A stretch of DNA of 64,000 nt, taken from the human T2T-CHM13v2.0 reference genome, Homo sapiens. The stretch lies in NCBI RefSeq assembly GCF_009914755.1, contig NC_060926.1, one strand, 5' to 3'. Below the pieces are notes generated by a model. The model did not search any database. It was given only the letters and a program-made list of their open reading frames with translations, and had not been told where the DNA came from. Positions 56,875 through 64,000 of this stretch are shown piece after piece (position 1 is the first letter of the stretch; each line of letters starts with the position of its first letter). Made by a program: the position numbers and the translations under genes.

Positions 56875-57163
56875 AGCCAGGTGCCGTAGCTCACGCCTGT
56901 AATCCCAGCACTTTGGGAGAAGGCCGAGGTGGGTGGATCACTTGAGGCCAGGAGTTTGAGACCAGCCTGGCCAACATGGTGAAACCTTGTCTCTACTAAA
57001 AATACAAAATTAGCCGGGCATGGTGGTGGGCATCTGTACTCCCAGCTACTCAGGAGGCTGAGGCACGAGAATTGCTTGAGCCCAGGAGGTGGAGGTTGCA
57101 GTGAGCCAAGATTGCACCACTGTACTCCAGCCTGGGTGACAGAGCAAGACTCTGTCTCAAAAA
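56875..57163 (+). mobile_element. AluSz-like
   Basis: TSD-like aaa(c/t)agaa(c/t)gttta. Confidence 0.95.
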
Positions 57164-58204
57164 CTAATGATAAAATAATAAAATAGAATGTTTAGATTAA
57201 ATAAATATTAACCTCAACCTCAAAAATATCTCAGGTTTAAGAGAAGCTCCCTCTCGGGCTGTGAGTGAAGGGAAATGAAAACAGTCAACATTGTTAACTT
57301 GAAGACATCATGTGATATATGAACACCATCATGGGCTGTCTCTACAGGGCTTGTGAAAGGCCACGTTAATTAACACAGTGCATCTATCACATGCCTAATA
57401 ACTGCTTTCTTGTACAGGTAAAATTTAGATGGTTAACTTGAAAATAATTACACATACACACATACAATTAAGTAGTCTTGTCACATAGCATATAATGTTA
57501 GAATTCAATGTTTGTGCTTTATTAGTATGAATTTTATAATGTAGGGATTGGTGATAATCTTTTCTGAAACTGGAAGGAATTTCATCAGTCTGGTGATTGG
57601 TTGTGCTTATGTCTTCCTTGGTCAGAGAAGCAACAGTGAGAAGGAAATTCTTCCTTGGCTTGACGGCATGTAGCGTTGGCAGATAGATTAAGATGTCAGG
57701 AGGACTAGGCAAAAAATTGGCATACATTGAGACAAAACACATGCAAGCACACACTCTAAAATAATTAAATACCTAAAATAGCTGCTGGAGAGAACAGAAA
57801 CAGCTACACCAGAATGGCAGAATGCTCCTCTCAAGAGACCTTCCTCCCAAATCACCTGTGATTTAAAAAATAGCTATCCTGATAGATTATATATTGTTGA
57901 AGATAACAGACTTATGTTGTTTGTTGAATATTTTACTGGAAAAGATCATAAGAGGTCATTTCACCCAGACCCATTAGTATAGTATAGAGATTAACCACTG
58001 CTTCCTCCCAACTCAATTAATATTTGAGCCACCTCCCATTTACAGAGCAGTGCACTAGAATGGTAGAAAGCCAAGGTGTATCTGTAATTTCATGGATTTG
58101 GATTACACAACCCTCAAAAATATTCAGGTCAAAATTGCTAAAAATGCAGTTTTAAGGTTATATGGGAGAAGGAGAGATTAGTTGAGAAAGGAAAAGCTAA
58201 AAAG

Positions 58205-58345
58205 ACAGTGCTGTTCACTGGGATGTGGCTCCTGAGCACGGAAAGTGGCCAGTGAGACTGAGGAACTAAACTTTAGATTTTAATCAGTGCTATTTTAAAT
58301 GTAAATAGCCACATGTGGCTACTGGCCACCACATTGGGCAACAAA
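58205..58345. mobile_element. MER3/MER33-like relic within L2 remnants
   Basis: tttaaatgtaaatagccacatgtggctactggccaccacattgg. Confidence 0.55.
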
Positions 58346-58721
58346 GTCTTACAGGATGTGAGATTTGCACTGAGCTTGAAGGAATGATAGCTAGGAATTT
58401 GGTAAATATAGAAAACGACAATTCCAAGCAAAAGGCCAGTGCTGGTGAAAGGGCACAGGGATAGGAAAGCATCAGTCGTGGCCCAGTGAAGATCTGACAT
58501 ATGGTACAAGTGGATTGAAAGTGAGTAGCGGGTTAAAGTGAAAGATAAGGTAGTAAGATTGAAAACTGAGCAGGATCTTGAATGCAAGCCTAAAGAACAT
58601 ATAATTAATTCCATATTCAATGGGGGAACCATTTAAGGTTTTTTGAGCAAGATAAAAATATGAGCTGCTTGGTATCAGTGAAAGATAACCATCAGATAAT
58701 AAGCAACATGAACGTGAGGGG

Positions 58722-58950
58722 TGTTTTGATTCCTTATTGCTATATAGCAAACCACCCTATACTTAGTTGAGTAAAACAACAGCCATTTCATTGTGCTCAT
58801 AGATTTTCTGGGTCAAGAATTTGGACTGTGCACAGAGAGGATGGCTCATCTCTGCTCCATGAAATCTGGCATCTCAGCTATGGTGGCTCCAACAGCTGGA
58901 GGCTGGATCACCTGAAGGCTTCTTCCCTCACATGTTGGCTCCTGGGCTAT
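58722..58950 (-). mobile_element. MLT1-like LTR fragment
   Basis: caaaccaccctatacttagttg...tctgggtcaagaatttggac...gatggctcatctctgctcca. Confidence 0.65.
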
Positions 58951-59766
58951 ACATTGGTTTGACCTAAAAAGGTGGGACATCTCAAAGGGGGCCCACAGGT
59001 CATAGGTAAATTCAAAGATTTTCTGATTTGCAATTGGTTAAGGAGGCGAAGCTTCATCTAAAAATTTGGAATCAGTAGTAAGAATGTTAGCTCTGGCTTG
59101 TGGGTGTGACCTCCTCGAGGCCCCTTAGGAAGAAATCTGAAAAAAGGAAGAGTGGTCAGAGTTCAGTCCTCAGTTCCCCCTTATCTGACTGAGGTCTGCA
59201 TGCCAGGGGATCCATTTTGTGGGGTTCCAGGTTTCTAAAAAACAACTCAAGGACATATATTAAGAGGTGATTTTTGCCAGGTGCGGTGGCTCACGTCTGT
59301 AATCCCAGCACTTTTGGGAGGCTGAGGCAGAAGGATCACGAGGTCAGGAGTTCAAGACCAGCCTGGCCAACGTGGTGAAACCCTGTCTCTACTAAAAATG
59401 CAAAAATTGGCCGGGCATGTTGACAGGTGCCCGTTAATCCCAGCTACTCAGGAGGCTGAGGCAGGAGAATTGCTTGAACCCAAGAGGCGGAAATTGCAGT
59501 GAGCCGAGATAGCACCATTGCACTTCAGCCTGGGGGACAGAGCAAGACTCCATCTAAAATTTTAAAAAAAGGTTATTTTTAGTTTCTACAGGGAACCAAA
59601 CATTCTTATGACTCTAACTTCCTTGGCTATTTTAAGCGACAATTACATTCTCGCTTATCCAATTGCTCATTTACTTCTGAGTTCTAGCCAGGTGCTTGGA
59701 ATTACCCTTAAAGGAACTCAAGGTTTTCCTTTATTTCCATGCTGGGGGGGTCCCTACTCCATCTCA
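58950..59766 (-). mobile_element. MER4-group ERV1 LTR split by an Alu
   Basis: atacattggtttgacctaaaaaggtgggacatctc...caggtcataggtaaattcaaagattttctgatttgcaattggtt; ends ...ccctactccatctca. Confidence 0.7.
59276..59570 (+). mobile_element. AluSg-like
   Basis: Full dimer. Confidence 0.95.
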
Positions 59767-60511
59767 ATACCATGATATGTGTCTTATCTCTTGACAACTA
59801 TGAATATAGGGCTGGGACTTAGGACCTGTTACATCTGTCATAGAAAAACCAAAGGTACCACCACTGTGCTTACTAGTAGGAACAGCCAAAGCACAGTTCT
59901 TGCCTTACAACTGTTTACTTCTGCTTTCCAAATTTGGTACGCTGCATCTGATGGGTATGATCTAAATATTATATATGGAACCCTAGCTGCAAGGGAATCT
60001 GGAAAATATAGTTTTTTTGTTTTCTATCTTAGAGATTGGAATAGCTGAAATGAACCAATCCAAATATCTGCTACATTTGCTAATTATGCAGTTGCTTCAT
60101 GTTAATTCCTAGTCTCCATGCCTAGACCCTCACTTCTCCTTTATGGCCAAAAACCAATGTGCTCTTTCTGCTCACTACAAACACTAATTATGGTTTAGCC
60201 AGTCTGGTCCCAGCTGTGACGGGGTTATGTCATTCAACCAACATTTATTGAGTTCCTACAACGTGCACTCCCTTGACTACCTCTCTCTCACATGACTCCC
60301 AAATCTGTCTCCAGCTTCACTTTTCTCTAGAGTTCCAGCTCTGAATTACTAACTACCTCCCTGATATCTCCTCAGGAACGTCCCACTAGAGCTTCAAAAT
60401 AAATACATGCCCAGGAAACACCTCCCCTCTTCCCACTTTCCAAACCAATTTGTCTTCCCAAGATTTCTGATTGGTGTTTTTAAATTGGTTCAAGTTCAAA
60501 CTCAGTTCTTG

Positions 60512-60598
60512 GCAGAACTGTGAATCAATTAAACCTCTTTTCTTCATAAATTACTGTCTCAGGTAGTTCTTTATAGCAGTGTGAGAACTGATTTATAA
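60512..60598 (+). mobile_element. THE1/MST LTR 3'-end fragment (inverted copy)
   Basis: cagaactgtgaatcaattaaacctcttttcttcataaattac...ttctttatagcagtgtgagaac. Confidence 0.8.
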
Positions 60599-60607
60599 CT
60601 TTGCCTG

Positions 60608-61267
<660 letters not shown>

Positions 61268-61269
61268 GC

Positions 61270-61464
61270 CTATAACATCTTCCTCCCTGCCTTTAAAAAC
61301 CCTTAACTGCAAACCATCTGGGAGTTCAGGTCCTAAGCTTTAGCTGCCCAGTCCTTCTTGCTTGGCATCCTGTAATAAATGCCTCACTTCTCTTGCTGCA
61401 ATCCCAGTGTCAATGTTTGGCTTTGCTGTGCTAGGTGGGCAGACCCAAGTTCAGTCTGATAACA
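61270..61464 (+). mobile_element. ERV1-type LTR 3' part (MER34/MER39-like)
   Basis: ctgcctttaaaaaccctt...taataaatgcctcacttctcttgctgcaatcccagtgtcaatgtttggctttgctgtg...gataaca. Confidence 0.55.
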
Positions 61465-61667
61465 GTAGAGGTGGCATGAGTCTGAAGCTGGGCAGCTGTC
61501 ACTATGGCTTCCCAGGAGGCAGGCAGCTTTCTGATTCCACAATCTCCTGATCCTGGCGGGAACAGCAGCTCCCTTGTCAACCTAAGTCTGTGATGTGGCA
61601 CTGGGAGTCATGCCTGAAAGCTCAGTAGCAATTCTGTTTCTTCTGCCCTCCAGTCATTCTGTAAGAC

Positions 61668-61986
<319 letters not shown>

Positions 61987-62555
61987 TAAATATCTTATAA
62001 GAAGTCCCTTTCTGCTTAAACCAGGTAGAATGGGTTCTGTTCACTGTGAATGAGCCCTAATGACATAGTAAACAAGAGACAAGCAGAGATTCTGGTGCAG
62101 GCTTAGAGCCTCTTGTAGCAGTTACCTAGGAGAACCTTTAAAAAATAACAAATGAGAAGGGCATCAGGGAGCAGCCATGAATAAAGCCTAGAGAAGGAGA
62201 AGAGAACAAAGGCAAAGGGGGATTGGTGCTGGTGCCCTGGAAGGGAGGATCTATATCTCTGTGATTCTGCAGGGAAAGGTGCAGAGGAAAGAGGACAGAT
62301 CCAACTTGAAACTACACCATGACACTGAAACACAAATAAAAAGGGCATTGCCTCCTGAAGACCAAAAGGCCCATGGGTGAGACACTTGTCAGTCCTAAAG
62401 GATTTTAAAGAGATGATCTTTTAAATGGAAATGGGGACAGATACCTGATATTAGTGTTAGTCTATTCCCAGCTGTACCTCTAAAGATACTGGACTGATAT
62501 TTATCTATATCCTTAAAATTGGTGCCTTAAATTTTCCAAGGTAAATGGCCAATTC

Positions 62556-62574
62556 TGTGTGCCCCCTGGTGGCT
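62556..62574 (-). promoter_or_regulatory. CTCF-binding motif
   Basis: Minus strand AGCCACCAGGGGGCACACA matches the core CCACCAGGGGGC, in unique sequence. Confidence 0.6.
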
Positions 62575-63474
62575 TGGGGCAAGGGGTAGGGGGAAGAAAA
62601 GAGTACTCTAGAAGTGAAAGAAAAAGTCATCATGGATCTGAACTATAATCCTTGAGGTCAAGACCCATACTTCTTTTGGGTAAAACCAGATAACAAACAT
62701 CTCACGTGGGACCGACATTTTCACCATGAGGCAAATAATAAACAACCTGTAATGTGGCCAGTAAATATCCCAGACTTCATATTTAATAATTCCACCACAG
62801 ACCGACATACGTGTTTAATTGTTTTTCCAATAATAGAAAGAGATTTGCACTCACCCAAGGAGGCACTCTAATCTGATGGTTAAAAGGTTGCCCTCTGGAG
62901 TAACATTACCTGCACTCAATTCCAAGAACAAGATATGGGATCTTGGGCAAATTACCCATCTATAAAATAGAGTCATTGAGAGGATTCCATGAGACTCCAT
63001 GTTGTGATTGGTAGCAGCAGCATGGTCGACCAGCCACATGGTCAAACAAGCACACTGGGTGGGAGACAGCATGCAGGCTGTGGCCCCCACAAGACCACTA
63101 CCAACAGACCAGAGCAAACCCATGACCTCACCAGCATGCGTCTCTCCGGCCTAAGTTAGCCAACCCCCGCCTCCATCTAGGGGTGCTAGACTTAGAGGGG
63201 TGGAAATGGGGGGGGGGGGTTCAGACTTTATTTGCATTTATTGATATATGACAATGTTTTTCATTAAATCTTTGTTGGGTTTGTATCCAAAGTAATTCTC
63301 CTATATATTAATGCATGTTTTATTTTATTGCTATAATCCAGATCAAATTTCAAGATTTTATATATGTGAAACATTATTGCTCAGCCTAAAAGAAAGATTT
63401 ATCACATTCATTTCTTTTTAGGAAATAAATGCCACCACAGATGGGTAACAGTACATGGAGAATCTTTTCTTTCA

Positions 63475-63856
<382 letters not shown>

Positions 63857-64000
63857 TTACTTCACTGGGCCTGTTTCTTCATGAGTCATAGATAGTTGCC
63901 AGGCCCTTGCAGCCAACAGTATTCTTCCCATGATTGTGGGACCCACCTGTGCTCCCCATGACCTCTCTTTTCCTCAGTGCTGGATTCTAAACTCTCTGAG

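Overview
Primate (human-like) nuclear genomic DNA and very Alu-rich: about 60 Alu copies, roughly a quarter to a third of the window, plus MIR, L1M, L2, hAT/MER DNA-transposon and LTR relics. The first ~12.3 kb holds the 3' end of a + strand spliced protein-coding gene that I cannot name. Its exons are 5239-5270 (likely), 8753-8859, 9232-9278 and a terminal exon from 10107 (stop 10243-10245, 3'UTR to AATAAA at 11958/12268), with a weaker candidate exon at 735-816. The remaining ~52 kb looks intergenic, with repeat-poor islands that may be enhancers and a strong CTCF-like motif near 62.56 kb. Nearly all ORFs in the supplied track derive from Alus or low-complexity sequence. I see no rRNA, tRNA, CRISPR or prokaryote-type system and cannot support a novel multi-gene system. 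The most unusual signals are small rearrangement scars: a perfect 37-bp inverted repeat 1.4 kb apart in unique DNA, a ~50-bp locally templated insertion inside an L1, a fold-back duplication of an LTR end, a ~165-bp polyadenylated retrocopy with a TSD, an ~850-bp AT minisatellite grown from an Alu tail, and 3' exons that could give different C-termini in different frames. Repeat family and subfamily calls come from remembered consensus motifs, and repeat boundaries are approximate.
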